The notes beneath the pieces were generated by a model. That model was given only the letters and a program-made list of their open reading frames with translations. It had not been told where the DNA came from and did not search any database. Shown in pieces: positions 21,271 to 35,508 of a stretch of 64,000 nt of DNA (position 1 is the stretch's first letter; every line of letters starts with the position of its first letter). Source of the stretch: a bacterium (GTDB lineage Bacteria > UBA8248); the NCBI GenBank assembly GCA_965213625.1, contig CBDBZU010000004.1, positions 2,208,001-2,272,000 of the forward strand. The letters are read 5' to 3'. Made by a program: the position numbers and the translations under genes.

Positions 21271-21660
21271 ATGGAACTACCGAGCGGCCTCAAATATTCC
21301 AGAGAGCACGAGTGGGTGAGAGTAGAGGGAAACATCGCGGTGATTGGGATCACGGACTTCGCCCAATCGGAACTGGGAGACGTAGTGTACGTCGAACTCC
21401 CCGAAGTCGGCGCCGAGGTGGAGGCGAACAACACGTTCGGTGTTGTGGAGAGTGTCAAGGCGGTATCTGACCTTTTCGCGCCTGTCTCCGGCGTCGTCGT
21501 CGAGGCGAACACCACGCTCGAGGATCAACCCGAACTCGTGAACTCCGAGCCCTATGAAGACGGCTGGATGATTCGGGTGGAGATGAAAGACGAGTCGGAG
21601 TTGAACGATCTCCTGGAAGCCGATTCGTACCGGGCTTACACCGAGGAGGAAAGCGGTTAG
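21271..21660 (+). CDS. gcvH: Glycine cleavage H protein
   Basis: [23 protein letters not shown] lipoyl-Lys. Confidence 0.97.
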   Translation: MELPSGLKYSREHEWVRVEGNIAVIGITDFAQSELGDVVYVELPEVGAEVEANNTFGVVESVKAVSDLFAPVSGVVVEANTTLEDQPELVNSEPYEDGWMIRVEMKDESELNDLLEADSYRAYTEEESG

Positions 21661-21763
21661 CCCGAACGGCTCTTCTTCGCGCTGGAGGGAGTATTCATCT
21701 CCCGTGAACCGGAGCGGAAATGATTTGTCCGCCTGAATCCCCATAACCTGAAGGGGCGCATTC

Positions 21764-24652
<2,889 letters not shown>

Positions 24653-24654
24653 TA

Positions 24655-25503
24655 ATGGAACGCACAGATTCTGAACCGCAAGAAGTCCCCCATGCACGTT
24701 TCTTAAATACGGGCGAATCTACTGCCGCCTGGAACATGGCGGTGGATGAGTTGTTGTTCGAGTGTTGCCAGACACATCTGAGAGAAGGTCATCCTTCCAA
24801 GGAGGCGCCCCTCACGTTTCGCGTCTACGCATGGTCGCCCCCGGCTATCTCCTTGGGCCGCGGCCAGGCCGCCGAGCGCGATATTTTTCTGGAGAAGTTA
24901 GTGGATGAGGGGATCGACATCTGCCGGAGGCTCACCGGCGGGCGCGCGGTGCTCCATGATTGTGAATTGACGTATTCCATCACGGGTTCGCAGGCACTGT
25001 TGGGTGATGCGATTGGGGAAACGTATCACAAAATCAGCGAAGGACTGGCCGAAGGATTGGCGGCCTTGGGCGCGGAGGTCGAATTGGCTCCCCCGAGCGG
25101 GAGTGCGTATGCTTCGCAAGGCTCTTGCTTTGCCACGGCATCGGTGTGGGAACTCGCGATTGGCGGGAAAAAGATGGTGGGCAGCGCACAATGCCGCGAG
25201 GGCGGCGCGGTTTTACAACACGGAAGCGTGCTGCTCCGCTCCTCGGAGGAGCGACTGGCGGGTCTCCTCAAACCAAGGAGAGCCGAGCGGCTGCTCTCCC
25301 GCAACGCGCACGCGATTGGTCTTTGGGAAGTGTTGGGCGGAGAAATTTCGTTTCATGAGGTGGCCGACTCCTTGAAGGCAGGTTTGGAGAAGGTGTTTGG
25401 TTTTCGCTTTGAACCAGGCGAGTTGTCGGATATTGAGAGTGCGGGAGCTTTGGAAATTTCCCGCGCCCGATACGAAAACCAGGAGTGGACGCTGGCAAGG
25501 TAA
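24655..25503 (+). CDS. Lipoate-protein ligase / octanoyltransferase (LipM/LplA-like)
   Basis: NMAVDE, RRLTGGRAVLH, CF, KMVGSAQ, LQHGS; follows the gcv genes. Confidence 0.85.
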   Translation: MERTDSEPQEVPHARFLNTGESTAAWNMAVDELLFECCQTHLREGHPSKEAPLTFRVYAWSPPAISLGRGQAAERDIFLEKLVDEGIDICRRLTGGRAVLHDCELTYSITGSQALLGDAIGETYHKISEGLAEGLAALGAEVELAPPSGSAYASQGSCFATASVWELAIGGKKMVGSAQCREGGAVLQHGSVLLRSSEERLAGLLKPRRAERLLSRNAHAIGLWEVLGGEISFHEVADSLKAGLEKVFGFRFEPGELSDIESAGALEISRARYENQEWTLAR

Positions 25504-25543
25504 CGAGACGTTTGCCGATTGCATTATTTTACCTTCCATTTCC

Positions 25544-25573
25544 TTGACACTATCGGCGACATGGCCCTATCGT
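25544..25573 (+). promoter_or_regulatory. sigma70-type promoter of tRNA-Gly
   Basis: TTGACA-18-TATCGT, 10 nt before the tRNA. Confidence 0.6.
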
Positions 25574-25583
25574 TCGTATGTAG

Positions 25584-25658
<75 letters not shown>

Positions 25659-25712
25659 TTCTTCGAGCCGGGCGGAAGCCGGAGTTTCCCTCGCATCCAG
25701 GAATCTGTATCC

Positions 25713-26588
25713 ATGTCGCATGACTTTCATTTCAATGGTCTCTCTCTCGATGCAAAGGTTGTAGAGCTTCACACCCATTCGAATATGTCCGATGGCTTGG
25801 AGTCTCCCGAAAAACTCATGCAAAGGGCGAAACGCGCCGGGGTGCGTGCCATATCGCTCACGGATCACGACACGGTTGCGGGTTTGTCTCGTGCGGACGC
25901 GGAGGCGGAAAGACTGGGGATGGATTTTATTCCCGGCATCGAGTTCACATGCGACCATGATGGTCGAAGCGTGCATGTTCTCGGCCATTTTATTCAGCCG
26001 GACGCGCCCCGTCTGGCGGCGCAAATAAAAGTGCGCGGCTTTGCCAGGGTGGAGAGAATGGGTGAGATAATTGATCGTCTCAATCATGCCGGTTTGTGTT
26101 TGGATAAGGAGGATTTTTTCGCCGCCTATGCTGATAGCCCGAGCATCACACGGGGACAGTTGGGCGCATACATGCTCAAGAAAGGGTTCGCCAGGTCACG
26201 CGAAGAAGTTTTTACGAAATACATCGGTGAAAACGCGCCTTGCTACGTGGAACTGAATACGCTTACTCCTTATGACGCGCTAGATCTCATTCATGAAGCC
26301 TGTGGAGTCGCCACTCTCGCACACCCGATGTTGAGCGCGTGTGATGAAATTATCCCGGCCTTGGCGGAAGCGGGTCTCGTGGGCCTCGAAGTGGAGCATC
26401 CCTCGCAGGATTCGGACGCACAGCGCCATTACCGGAAAATGGCCGAAGAACATGGTTTGTTATGCCTGGGAGGATCGGATTGTCACGGTATTCCCCACAA
26501 GCGGGATAGACTGGGACAATTCTCACAGCCCTTGCATTTGTTGCTTGAACTTTCGAAGCGTGTGAATACTCGCCGGGCGGCAACATAA
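25713..26588 (+). CDS. PHP-domain phosphoesterase (TrpH/YciV-like)
   Basis: LHTHSNMSDG, SLTDHDT, GIE, VHVLG, LAHP, GGSDCH. Confidence 0.9.
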   Translation: MSHDFHFNGLSLDAKVVELHTHSNMSDGLESPEKLMQRAKRAGVRAISLTDHDTVAGLSRADAEAERLGMDFIPGIEFTCDHDGRSVHVLGHFIQPDAPRLAAQIKVRGFARVERMGEIIDRLNHAGLCLDKEDFFAAYADSPSITRGQLGAYMLKKGFARSREEVFTKYIGENAPCYVELNTLTPYDALDLIHEACGVATLAHPMLSACDEIIPALAEAGLVGLEVEHPSQDSDAQRHYRKMAEEHGLLCLGGSDCHGIPHKRDRLGQFSQPLHLLLELSKRVNTRRAAT

Positions 26589-26598
26589 GGAACGCTAC

Positions 26599-27666
26599 AT
26601 GGCGCTTCAGGATCAATTCATTCGACGGTGGCGGCTTCTCAGAGCTCTGGAGAGCGGAGAAAGCTGGTCTTATGAAGAACTCCTTGCGCTCTTGGGAAAG
26701 GAGTCCGCTGGAGATATCGCCCAGAAGTGGAGTTTGAGAACGCTTCAAAGGGATATATCGCATTTGCTGAAGGCTGGATTCCCGCTGGAGAGGGTTCGCA
26801 CGGGTCGCAAGATGCGATATCGTTTGTTAAGAGATTATGTGGATTCGGTTCCGAAGCCGTTTTCGCCTTCTCAGTGGGCGTCTTTGTATTACGCCCTTTG
26901 CATGTTGCGGGATATGCCGAGTAGTCCGTTAAGGGAGGAATCGTTCAGCGATAGTGTCAGCGGCGTTTTCAGCCGGTTGCGAAATTACATCCCCGCGGCT
27001 TTGCGCGCATATGCAGAGGGAGTGGAGCCGCGTTATGCCGGTGTCGTAGGGGCGCTGAGGGAGCACGGGCGGCAGCGCAGGGTTGGCGGCATTCTGATCG
27101 AAGCGATAGAGAAGGGAAAACCTGCGAGAATCCTGGCGGCCCGTGCGGGCGAGATTCGTAAACGCTGGTGGAAGATAGACCCCTATCTCCTGCATTTCGA
27201 TGGCGGAAGCTATCATCTACTGGCGCGCGAATCAGAAAAAAATGCCATGGACGTCTGGCATCTGGAGGGCATAGAGAGCGTCCGCGTCATGGCCGGGGCT
27301 TTTCAGATGCCTTTGGGTTTGGATTTGAAGGCTTTGCTGGCCGAGTGCTTGCGCGATGCGATGAATAATGGTTTGAATGTGAGAGTTCGATTCGGGAAGG
27401 ATGTGGCGCTTCATGCAGTTATCGCTTTCATGAAAGAAGCGTTCGGCGAAGTGGAGCAATTGAAAAAATTGAGCAAATCGAGCCGCGATGTCACGGTTCG
27501 GGTAAGTGACGTTTGGGGTTTCAGGCGATGGCTGATGTCTTTCGGTCAGGAAGCGGAGTTGATGGCCCCGGCCGAATTACGCGATGCGTTCGCTCAGGAT
27601 CTGGAAGCTGCCTTGAAGAAGTACCGCAAGGGCCGCCGCGGAAGAAAAGTAGCTAATCCGGCCTGA
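26599..27666 (+). CDS. HTH-WYL-WCX transcriptional regulator (PafBC-like, degenerate WYL)
   Basis: RTLQRDI..L..AGFP wHTH; IDPYLL...YHLLA; WLMSFG.EAELMAPAELR WCX. Confidence 0.8.
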   Translation: MALQDQFIRRWRLLRALESGESWSYEELLALLGKESAGDIAQKWSLRTLQRDISHLLKAGFPLERVRTGRKMRYRLLRDYVDSVPKPFSPSQWASLYYALCMLRDMPSSPLREESFSDSVSGVFSRLRNYIPAALRAYAEGVEPRYAGVVGALREHGRQRRVGGILIEAIEKGKPARILAARAGEIRKRWWKIDPYLLHFDGGSYHLLARESEKNAMDVWHLEGIESVRVMAGAFQMPLGLDLKALLAECLRDAMNNGLNVRVRFGKDVALHAVIAFMKEAFGEVEQLKKLSKSSRDVTVRVSDVWGFRRWLMSFGQEAELMAPAELRDAFAQDLEAALKKYRKGRRGRKVANPA

Positions 27667-27689
27667 TAAATTGTTGAGGAGGGCCTGAT

Positions 27690-27971
27690 ATGAGATTGAG
27701 AAAAGAGATGATTGAACGAATCGCCAACAAGATTGTCGAGCGGCTGATTCGTCGTGAAATGATATCCGAGGATTCGAATGAGGAAGTGCTCAGGACCCGG
27801 ATTACGCACGTCATCGAAGCGGATCTGATGGTGGAAGATCGCCTCAACGACGAGGTCAAAGAAATCCTGCGGGATTTCGAAGAGGAAATGGACAGGGGCA
27901 ACGTGGACTACAGCCGGATGTTTACGATGGTGAAAACAAAGCTTGCGCGCGAGCGAAATCTCGTGCTTTGA
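27690..27971 (+). CDS. DUF507-family protein
   Basis: MRLRKEMIERIA...EDRLNDEVKEIL...VDYSRMF..VK..LARER. Confidence 0.8.
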   Translation: MRLRKEMIERIANKIVERLIRREMISEDSNEEVLRTRITHVIEADLMVEDRLNDEVKEILRDFEEEMDRGNVDYSRMFTMVKTKLARERNLVL

Positions 27972-28022
27972 AGGGGTAGCGAGGAGTTTTCAGTTTTATT
28001 TTAATTTAAGGAGAACGCGGCC

Positions 28023-28298
28023 ATGAAACTCAGCCGCGAGAAGATCAATCATCTGACGAATCTGGTCGTCAAGGACATTGAAGAGTGTGAGGATGTGGAC
28101 TTTCTGGTCGAGCCCCAGGAATTGCGTATGAATGTGTTGCGCGCCATTAGCAATGAGCTGATCATTGATGATGAAATAGAAGAGGAGGTGCGAAGGATTT
28201 TGAGCACCTATTCCAGCAGGTTGGTCGAGGGTAGCCGCGACTGGGAGATACTCTTCAACAAGCATTATGAGCAAGAGGCGAAACGACGCGGCATTTGA
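28023..28298 (+). CDS. DUF507-family protein (second paralogue)
   Basis: AAGGAG RBS; MKLSREKINHL...EGSRDWEILF.K.YEQE. Confidence 0.8.
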   Translation: MKLSREKINHLTNLVVKDIEECEDVDFLVEPQELRMNVLRAISNELIIDDEIEEEVRRILSTYSSRLVEGSRDWEILFNKHYEQEAKRRGI

Positions 28299-28353
28299 TC
28301 TCCTCAACTGGTGCCTATGATATGTTGCCTCCCGATAGCCGAAAAGCGATGAC

Positions 28354-28953
28354 GTGCGCAAAGTTGGTTTGACTGGAGGAATCGCCAGCGGGAAATCCAC
28401 GGTGAGCCGCATGTTCCAGGACCTGGGTGTTCCGGTCATCGACGCGGACGTCATAGCGCGCGAGGTCGTCGCTCCTGGGTCTCGGGCTCTTGAGGCGATC
28501 GTCGACGCTTTTGGCGAAGAAGTCCTTACTGATGAGAAGAGCTTGAACCGCGCCAGACTCGGAGAATTAGTTTTTTCCGACTCTTCAAAAAAGAAGGTTC
28601 TGGAGGGTATCCTGCATCCTGAAATCATCGCCGAGCAAGACAGGCGGCTGAGCGACTTTGAGCGGGAAGGACATGCACCCGTCGCGATTGTGGACGCAGC
28701 CGTCATGATTGAGTCGGGAAGCTGGAAGCGATTCGACTCGCTAGTGGTTGTCGATTGCGATGAATCCCAGCAGATTAGCCGATTACGCCGGCGAAACGCG
28801 ATGAATGAAGAGGAAGCCTTGAGGCGCGTTCATGCGCAGATGCCGCTTTCTGAAAAAGTGAAGTATGCGGATCACGTGATTGACAATCGCGGTTCAATCG
28901 ATGATACCCGTAAGCAGGTAGAGGAGTTGATGAAATTACTTTCTGAGAAATGA
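28354..28953 (+). CDS. coaE: Dephospho-CoA kinase
   Basis: VGLTGGIASGKS, IDAD..AR, LHP, AQMP. Confidence 0.96.
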   Translation: MRKVGLTGGIASGKSTVSRMFQDLGVPVIDADVIAREVVAPGSRALEAIVDAFGEEVLTDEKSLNRARLGELVFSDSSKKKVLEGILHPEIIAEQDRRLSDFEREGHAPVAIVDAAVMIESGSWKRFDSLVVVDCDESQQISRLRRRNAMNEEEALRRVHAQMPLSEKVKYADHVIDNRGSIDDTRKQVEELMKLLSEK

Positions 28954-28964
28954 ATTGAAAAGTG

Positions 28965-28993
28965 TTGACAAAATTGTTTGAACTGATTATTTT
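28965..28993 (+). promoter_or_regulatory. Candidate sigma70 promoter of rho (long leader)
   Basis: TTGACA-17-TATTTT in AT-rich DNA ~410 nt upstream of the rho ATG. Confidence 0.55.
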
Positions 28994-29400
28994 TTTGAAA
29001 CACTTATGAATTCTATTCCTGACACTTTTCGTCGCCCTGAATTTCAAATTCCATCTGATGTGTAACGATTTGGATTTTTAGAAAAGAGAAAATGTATCTT
29101 AGGAAATATAGGCACGCGAAGTTATAGTTCTCTCCGCGTACAAATATGTTCCCATGAATGGGTTCACGCGCGCGCCCATGATTGGCTCTGCAAATTACCG
29201 AATGCGCGCTTCACATCGCACCCGGCGATGAGAACCTGCATTTGAATCTGACATGAAGGAATTTCATTACATCAACTTTACCGCTTGAGGCTAGGAGGAA
29301 AAGTCTCCCCGCGCAGAATGTGGCGAGTGGTGCGACCAGAAGGCGCCATCTCACGTTCCAGGTGGTAAAAAGTGCCCACCCAACCGAGGAGAAGGGAGTT

Positions 29401-30693
29401 ATGGCAACAACAGAAACAAAATCTAGAAGCTTGAACCTGGCGGAACTGAAGAAAAAGACCATTGGAGAACTCAACCAGATTCTCAAGGAGTTCAGTACCG
29501 AAAGTGCCAGCGGACTCAGAAAACAGGATCTGATTTACAAGATACTCGAGGCGCAGTCCGACAAGGACCGCAACGGCGGTGGTGGAACCATCACCGGAGA
29601 GGGCGTACTCGAGATTTTGCCGGACGGATTCGGTTTCCTGCGTTCGCCCGCTTACAATTATCTGCCCGGCCCCGACGACATTTACGTTTCCCCCAGCCAG
29701 ATCCGCCGCTTCGATCTTCGCACCGGCGATACGGTAAGCGGTGAAATCCGCCAGCCGAAAGAGGGGGAGCGGTATTTCGCGCTGTTGAAAGTCGAGAAGA
29801 TCAATTTTGAACCTCCCGAAGCGAGCAAGGACAAAGTTCTGTTCGATAACCTCACCCCCTTGTATCCGGATCGCCGGATACAACTCGAAATATCCGGGGA
29901 AGAGGTCAGTTCGCGCGTACTGGACCTCATGACGCCGATAGGCTTCGGGCAGCGCGGCCTCATCGTCGCCGCGCCCAGAACCGGTAAGACGATGATGCTT
30001 CAGTCCATCGCGAAGAGCATCGCGACGAATCACCCCGAAGTTCACCTGATCGTTCTGCTCATCGACGAGCGCCCCGAGGAAGTCACGGACATGGAACGCT
30101 CCGTACGCGGGGAAGTGATCAGCTCTACTTTCGACGAGCCGGCGTCTCGTCACGTTCAGGTGGCGGACATGGTGATCGAAAAAGCGAAAAGACTCACCGA
30201 GCACAAACAAGATGTCGTTATCCTGCTCGATTCCATCACGCGTTTGGCGCGCGCGCACAACACCATCATCTCGCCGAGCGGAAAGGTTCTCTCTGGTGGC
30301 GTGGACTCGAATGCGCTGCAGCGGCCCAAGCGCTTCTTCGGCGCGGCGCGAAACCTGGAAGAAGGCGGGAGTCTCACCATTCTCGCCACGGCGCTGGTGG
30401 AGACGGGCAGCCGGATGGACGACGTGATTTTCGAGGAGTTCAAGGGCACCGGCAACATGGAAGTGCACCTCGACAGGAAGCTCTCCGACAAGCGCGTGTT
30501 CCCCTCGGTGGACATCAATAAATCCGGCACGAGGAAAGAGGAATTGCTGCTCAGCCCGCAGGAACTCAACCGCGTCTGGGTGTTACGCAAGGTTTTACAA
30601 CCACTTGGCGTGGTGGATTCGATGGAGCTCCTGCTCGAGAAAATCCAGGAGACGAAGACCAACGAGGATTTCCTCGCCTCGATGAACAACTGA
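29401..30693 (+). CDS. rho: Transcription termination factor Rho
   Basis: [35 protein letters not shown]. Confidence 0.98.
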   Translation: MATTETKSRSLNLAELKKKTIGELNQILKEFSTESASGLRKQDLIYKILEAQSDKDRNGGGGTITGEGVLEILPDGFGFLRSPAYNYLPGPDDIYVSPSQIRRFDLRTGDTVSGEIRQPKEGERYFALLKVEKINFEPPEASKDKVLFDNLTPLYPDRRIQLEISGEEVSSRVLDLMTPIGFGQRGLIVAAPRTGKTMMLQSIAKSIATNHPEVHLIVLLIDERPEEVTDMERSVRGEVISSTFDEPASRHVQVADMVIEKAKRLTEHKQDVVILLDSITRLARAHNTIISPSGKVLSGGVDSNALQRPKRFFGAARNLEEGGSLTILATALVETGSRMDDVIFEEFKGTGNMEVHLDRKLSDKRVFPSVDINKSGTRKEELLLSPQELNRVWVLRKVLQPLGVVDSMELLLEKIQETKTNEDFLASMNN

Positions 30694-30733
30694 CGCTTAA
30701 TGCCAACCTCTTGTTTTTACCTACTTTTGGGGG

Positions 30734-30762
30734 TAGACAAGGCGCTGGAGTTTCGATATAAA
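30734..30762 (+). promoter_or_regulatory. Candidate promoter of rpmE
   Basis: TAGACA-17-TATAAA followed by a CTCTCCT/AGGAGAG hairpin. Confidence 0.4.
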
Positions 30763-30888
30763 GCGCTCTCCTCGTAGGAGAGGGGGCTGGTTTTATTTCT
30801 CGAAAAACCACGTCTATTTAGCGTAATTTATCGAAATTTACGGAATTGTTTCCGACGTTTCGACCCCGAGATTTTGGAGCGCCTGATT

Positions 30889-31440
30889 ATGAAGGCCGAG
30901 ATTCATCCCGAGTTGTTCGAGTGCAAGGTTTCCTGCAGTGGTTGCGGCACCGAATTCACGACGTTCTCCACGCGCAGTGAAATCCGTGTGGAGGTCTGCT
31001 CGCAGTGCCAACCGTTCTTCACCGGAAAACAGGCGCGCATCGTCGATACCGAAGGCCGCGTAGAGAAGTTCGTCAAGAAGTTCGAGGGCAAGGAGGCGCG
31101 GGTCTCCAAGCGCAAGAGAAAGCAGGCCTCCGCCGAGGCGGAACGGGTCGCCCGGTTGGAGCGTGAAGCGAAGCAGGCCGCCGAGAAGGCGGAGGAAGAG
31201 AAAAAGCTCAGAGAGGAAGCCAGGCAGAAGCGGGCCGAGGAGCGCGCCGCGAGGCAGGCCGCCCAGGCGCAGAAAGAAGAATCCGCCGAGGCCGAGGCTG
31301 TCGCCGCCGCTGAGGATGCTTCGCCTGCGCCTGAACCCGCCGGTGCCGATGCGGCTGCCGCCGCGGCTGAAGACGCCGCACCCGAAGCATCGCCTGCGCC
31401 CGAACCGGACGGAGAAGCCGAAAAGCCCGAGGATTCATAA
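30889..31440 (+). CDS. rpmE: 50S ribosomal protein L31 (Zn type) with long C-terminal extension
   Basis: [31 protein letters not shown]; then ~110 aa charged and Ala/Glu/Pro-rich tail. Confidence 0.93.
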   Translation: MKAEIHPELFECKVSCSGCGTEFTTFSTRSEIRVEVCSQCQPFFTGKQARIVDTEGRVEKFVKKFEGKEARVSKRKRKQASAEAERVARLEREAKQAAEKAEEEKKLREEARQKRAEERAARQAAQAQKEESAEAEAVAAAEDASPAPEPAGADAAAAAAEDAAPEASPAPEPDGEAEKPEDS

Positions 31441-31560
31441 GCACGGAGCCTACCGTGTTTGCCTGGGGGCCGCCCCTGGGCGGAGGTTCCTCGGCAAACG
31501 CGAATCCGTGGCCTGAGGACGATTCCGGGCCACCCCATTCGCTGCCCGTCGGTTGATCCC

Positions 31561-32652
31561 ATGTTCGAAAAAATCGAACAAATCATCGAAAAACACCAGA
31601 CGCTGGAGATGCGCCTCTCGGACCCGGCCTTGCTCAAGGACCGCAAGAAATTCGAGCAGACCGCGCGCGAGCACAAAGAACTCACCCAGGTCGTCCAGGC
31701 CTTTGAGGAATGGCGCGGTTACGAAAACGCCATCGAGGAGGCGAAGGTCTTGCTCGATGACGGCGATCCGGAGATGAGCGAACTCGCCCAGGCGGAGCTC
31801 GAGGACGCGGGCGCGAAGCGCGAAGAAGTGGAGGAGAGGCTGCGCCGGCTCCTCCTGCCCAGAGATCCGAACGATGAGAAAAACGTCATCCTGGAAGTTC
31901 GCGCAGGCACGGGCGGCCAGGAGGCCGCGCTCTTCGCGGCCGATTTGTACCGCATGTACGTGCGCTACGCCGAGGTCCAGGGCTGGAAGGCGGAGGAGCT
32001 GAGCAAGAGCGAGAGCGACTTAGGCGGCCTCAAGGAAGTATCCGCGCTCATCAAGGGGGCGGGCGCCTACAGCCGCCTGCGCTATGAGAGCGGCACGCAT
32101 CGCGTCCAGCGGGTGCCCGTCACCGAGACCCAAGGCAGAATCCACACCTCCGCGGCCACGGTGGCCGTGCTTCCAGAAGCGGACGAGATAGCGCTCGACA
32201 TCGGCGAGAAGGACTTAAGGATCGACGTCTACCGCTCCTCGGGCCCCGGGGGCCAGAGCGTGAACACGACCGATTCCGCCGTTCGCATCACCCATGTGCC
32301 CACCGGCCTCGTCGTCACCTGCCAGGACGAGAAGAGCCAGCACAAAAACCGCGCCAAGGCCATGAAAATCCTCTCGGCCCATCTGCTGGACATGGAAATC
32401 CAAAAACAGATGTCCGAGCGTTCCGCGCAGCGCAAAAGCCTCGTGGGTAGCGGGGACAGGAGCGAGCGGATCAGGACCTACAATTTCCCCCAGGACAGGA
32501 TTACCGATCACCGCATCGGCCTCACCCTACACGGTCTTCCCGCCTTTATGGAGGGCGGCATCGACGAGATGGTCAAGCGGGTCATCGAGAGCCGTGAGGC
32601 GGAACGTCTGGCCGAACTGGAAGAAAGCACGGAAGCCCACTCCGCGGAATGA
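31561..32652 (+). CDS. prfA: Peptide chain release factor 1
   Basis: PVT anticodon motif (RVPVTE), GGQ, RTYNFPQ. Confidence 0.97.
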   Translation: MFEKIEQIIEKHQTLEMRLSDPALLKDRKKFEQTAREHKELTQVVQAFEEWRGYENAIEEAKVLLDDGDPEMSELAQAELEDAGAKREEVEERLRRLLLPRDPNDEKNVILEVRAGTGGQEAALFAADLYRMYVRYAEVQGWKAEELSKSESDLGGLKEVSALIKGAGAYSRLRYESGTHRVQRVPVTETQGRIHTSAATVAVLPEADEIALDIGEKDLRIDVYRSSGPGGQSVNTTDSAVRITHVPTGLVVTCQDEKSQHKNRAKAMKILSAHLLDMEIQKQMSERSAQRKSLVGSGDRSERIRTYNFPQDRITDHRIGLTLHGLPAFMEGGIDEMVKRVIESREAERLAELEESTEAHSAE

Positions 32653-33539
32653 CCACTTCTCCTCCTGCGGCGCAAAGCGAATCAGGAACAAAAGTATGTG
32701 CCCTGCTCTCCCGTCTGGAAGAGCGGTTCGCCGAGGCGGGCGTGGATGCGCCGGGGCTGGATGCGCGGCTCGTCGTGGCTGTGGTATTAGGCTGCGACAG
32801 GGCGCACCTTCACGCGCATCCTGAAAAAGTGGTATCCGCCGGGGCGCTCGCGCGAGTGGAGGCGCTGGCGCGCAGAAGGGCCGAACGCGAGCCGTTGGCC
32901 TATATCCTGGGCGAGCGGGAGTTCTGGTCCATGACTTTTCTCGTCTCGCCCGACGTGCTGATCCCCAGGCCCGAATCGGAGTTGCTCGTCGAACGCGCCG
33001 TGGCGCTTTTGGGAGAAGGACGAGAGAGCAGGATACTGGACTTGTGCACGGGCAGCGGCGCAGTGGGGCTGGCGATAGCCGGTGAATTAAGCGAGGCGCG
33101 CGTCACTTTGCTCGACCTCTGCCCGAAGGCGCTAAGAGTAGCGAGGCGGAACGCAGATAAATTCGGCCTTGCTAATCGAACGAGGTTTCTGGCCTCTGAT
33201 TTGTTTCAGGCTCTGGTCGGTGAGGAGCGGTTCGAGCTGATCGCCTCGAATCCGCCTTATGTGGCCGAGGGTGAACTGGTTGGCTTGATGCCTGAAGTTT
33301 CATCGTTCGAGCCGCGGCTCGCGCTCGATGGCGGCGCGGACGGGATGGACTTCATCCGGCGCATCATCGAGGCGGCGCCCGCTCATCTCGCGCGCGGGGG
33401 TTTCCTGATGATCGAGATGGACCCGCGCCAGATGACGGAAGCGGGAGCCTTGGCGGAACGACAAGGGGATTATCGCTCGGTGAGCCGGCATGAAGACCTC
33501 GCCGGGCGCGAGAGGGTTCTGGAACTCGAGAGGGTTTAG
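32649..33539 (+). CDS. prmC: Release factor glutamine methyltransferase
   Basis: [26 protein letters not shown]. Confidence 0.95.
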   Translation: MTTSPPAAQSESGTKVCALLSRLEERFAEAGVDAPGLDARLVVAVVLGCDRAHLHAHPEKVVSAGALARVEALARRRAEREPLAYILGEREFWSMTFLVSPDVLIPRPESELLVERAVALLGEGRESRILDLCTGSGAVGLAIAGELSEARVTLLDLCPKALRVARRNADKFGLANRTRFLASDLFQALVGEERFELIASNPPYVAEGELVGLMPEVSSFEPRLALDGGADGMDFIRRIIEAAPAHLARGGFLMIEMDPRQMTEAGALAERQGDYRSVSRHEDLAGRERVLELERV

Positions 33540-33541
33540 TT

Positions 33542-34801
33542 TTGGAGCGATTTCGTATCCGGGGAGGAAGGCCGCTTCGCGGCGAGGCCGAGGCGTCGGG
33601 TTCCAAGAACGCCTCTTTGCCGATTCTGGCCGCCGCCATTCTGGCCGATGGCGTCAGCCATGCGCGGCGCGTCCCGGACCTGCGCGATACGAATACGATA
33701 TTGGCGCTTCTGGGCGAATTCGGCGTAAAGACGCGCGAAGAATCGCCCGGGTGTATCGCCCTGGACGCCACGAACATCACCGGCGGCGTCGCGCCCTATG
33801 AACTGGTGCAGGCGATGCGGGCCTCCATCATGGTGCTGGGGCCATTGCTGGCGCGCTTCGGCTCGGCCCGCGTTTCCCTGCCGGGCGGCTGCGCCATCGG
33901 GGCCAGGCCCATCGATCAGCACCTGAAGGGACTGAGAGCGATGGGAGCGGAGATCGAGATAGAGAAGGGTTACATCGAGGCCAGAGCCCGGAAACTCACG
34001 GGTGCGCGAATATCGTTCGACTTAACGACGGTGACGGGTACGAAGAACCTGATGATGGCGGCTTCTCTGGCGAATGGTGTCACCGTGCTCGAGAATGCCG
34101 CCTTGGAACCCGAGGTTGTCGCGGTCGCGGATTTGTTGAACCAGATGGGCGCGAAGGTGAGCGGTGCGGGCACGCCCGTTATCGAGATCGAAGGGGTGGA
34201 TTCCCTCGGGGGATACGACGCGGTCGTCCCTGCAGACCGCATCGAGGTGGGAACCCTCATGATTGCCGCCGCCATCACGGGAGGGGATTTGAGAATTACG
34301 AATTGTGAGCCGGAGCAGGTGCATGCGCTGGCGCTCAAGCTGAGCGAGGCCGGTCTCGAAGTTTCAGAAGGCGTGGACTGGATTCACGTACGTGGCGACG
34401 GCTCCGTACGGCCCGTGAACGTGAAGACGGCGCCTTATCCCGGATTCCCCACGGACCTGCAGGCCCAGTTCATGGCGTTGATGACGCTGGCGGGCGGAAC
34501 CTGCGTACTTACGGAGACCATTTTTGAGAATCGCTTCATGCACGCCTCCGAGCTTGCCAGAATGAACGCGCGGATTCATATCGACGGCCGGACGGCGCAT
34601 ATCGACGGGGTGGCGCACCTCGCCGGCGCCTCGGTGACGGCGACCGACTTGAGGGCGAGCGCATCGCTTGTTCTGGCGGGTCTGGCGGCGAGTGGAGAAA
34701 CCATCGTTCGCAACGTATATCATATCGACAGGGGATATCAGCGGCTCGAGGAGAGGTTGAGAGAACTCGGCGCGGATATCGAGCGCGAAGTGGAGTCGTG
34801 A
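33542..34801 (+). CDS. murA: UDP-GlcNAc 1-carboxyvinyltransferase
   Basis: [31 protein letters not shown]. Confidence 0.97.
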   Translation: MERFRIRGGRPLRGEAEASGSKNASLPILAAAILADGVSHARRVPDLRDTNTILALLGEFGVKTREESPGCIALDATNITGGVAPYELVQAMRASIMVLGPLLARFGSARVSLPGGCAIGARPIDQHLKGLRAMGAEIEIEKGYIEARARKLTGARISFDLTTVTGTKNLMMAASLANGVTVLENAALEPEVVAVADLLNQMGAKVSGAGTPVIEIEGVDSLGGYDAVVPADRIEVGTLMIAAAITGGDLRITNCEPEQVHALALKLSEAGLEVSEGVDWIHVRGDGSVRPVNVKTAPYPGFPTDLQAQFMALMTLAGGTCVLTETIFENRFMHASELARMNARIHIDGRTAHIDGVAHLAGASVTATDLRASASLVLAGLAASGETIVRNVYHIDRGYQRLEERLRELGADIEREVES

Positions 34802-35508
34802 TGAAAGAGAATCAGGAAAAAGAATTGATTATCGCACTTCCGAAGGGAAGAATTTTTACCGATGCCACCGAATGTCTGGTGAAGGCGGGTGTCTTGTCCA
34901 AACCGATATCGGACAAATCCAGGAAGCTTATCCTTCGGGACCCGAAAACGGGCGTCCGGGTCCTGATTCTCAGGAATCACGACGTGCCCATCTACGTCGA
35001 GCGCGGCGCCGCCGATCTGGGCGTTATCGGACGCGACGTTTTGCTCGAACAGGGGCGCGACGTATACGAGCCACTGGACATGAACATGGCGCCGTGCCGC
35101 CTCATGGTGGCGGCGCCCGAGGGCATCGCCTGGGAGGATTTGACTGGGCGGATATCGCTGCGCGTGGCGACGAAGTTTCCCACCATCACCACCCGTTTTT
35201 TCGAGCAGATGGGGGTTCAGGCCAAGATCATCAGGCTTTACGGCAACGTGGAGATCGCGCCCGCCACCGGCGTGGCGGACCTGGTTGTGGATTTGGTGGA
35301 CACCGGTGGAACGCTGCGCGCCAACGGGCTGGTGCCGATTCGCGAGATATTCAGCGCGACCGCCAGACTCATCGCCAACAGGGCGAGCCTGAAGACGAAC
35401 TATAAAAAAGTGAGTGCGATCATCGAACAGTTGAAGGGGGTGATTCCCACAGCCCAAAACCGTTCCGGTAACGGCGCGGGGCCGGCGCCCGGTGAGGAGA
35501 AGGCGTGA
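34801..35508 (+). CDS. hisG: ATP phosphoribosyltransferase, short form
   Basis: IALPKGR, VATKFP, DLVDTGGTLRANGL; no C-terminal regulatory domain. Confidence 0.95.
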   Translation: MKENQEKELIIALPKGRIFTDATECLVKAGVLSKPISDKSRKLILRDPKTGVRVLILRNHDVPIYVERGAADLGVIGRDVLLEQGRDVYEPLDMNMAPCRLMVAAPEGIAWEDLTGRISLRVATKFPTITTRFFEQMGVQAKIIRLYGNVEIAPATGVADLVVDLVDTGGTLRANGLVPIREIFSATARLIANRASLKTNYKKVSAIIEQLKGVIPTAQNRSGNGAGPAPGEEKA

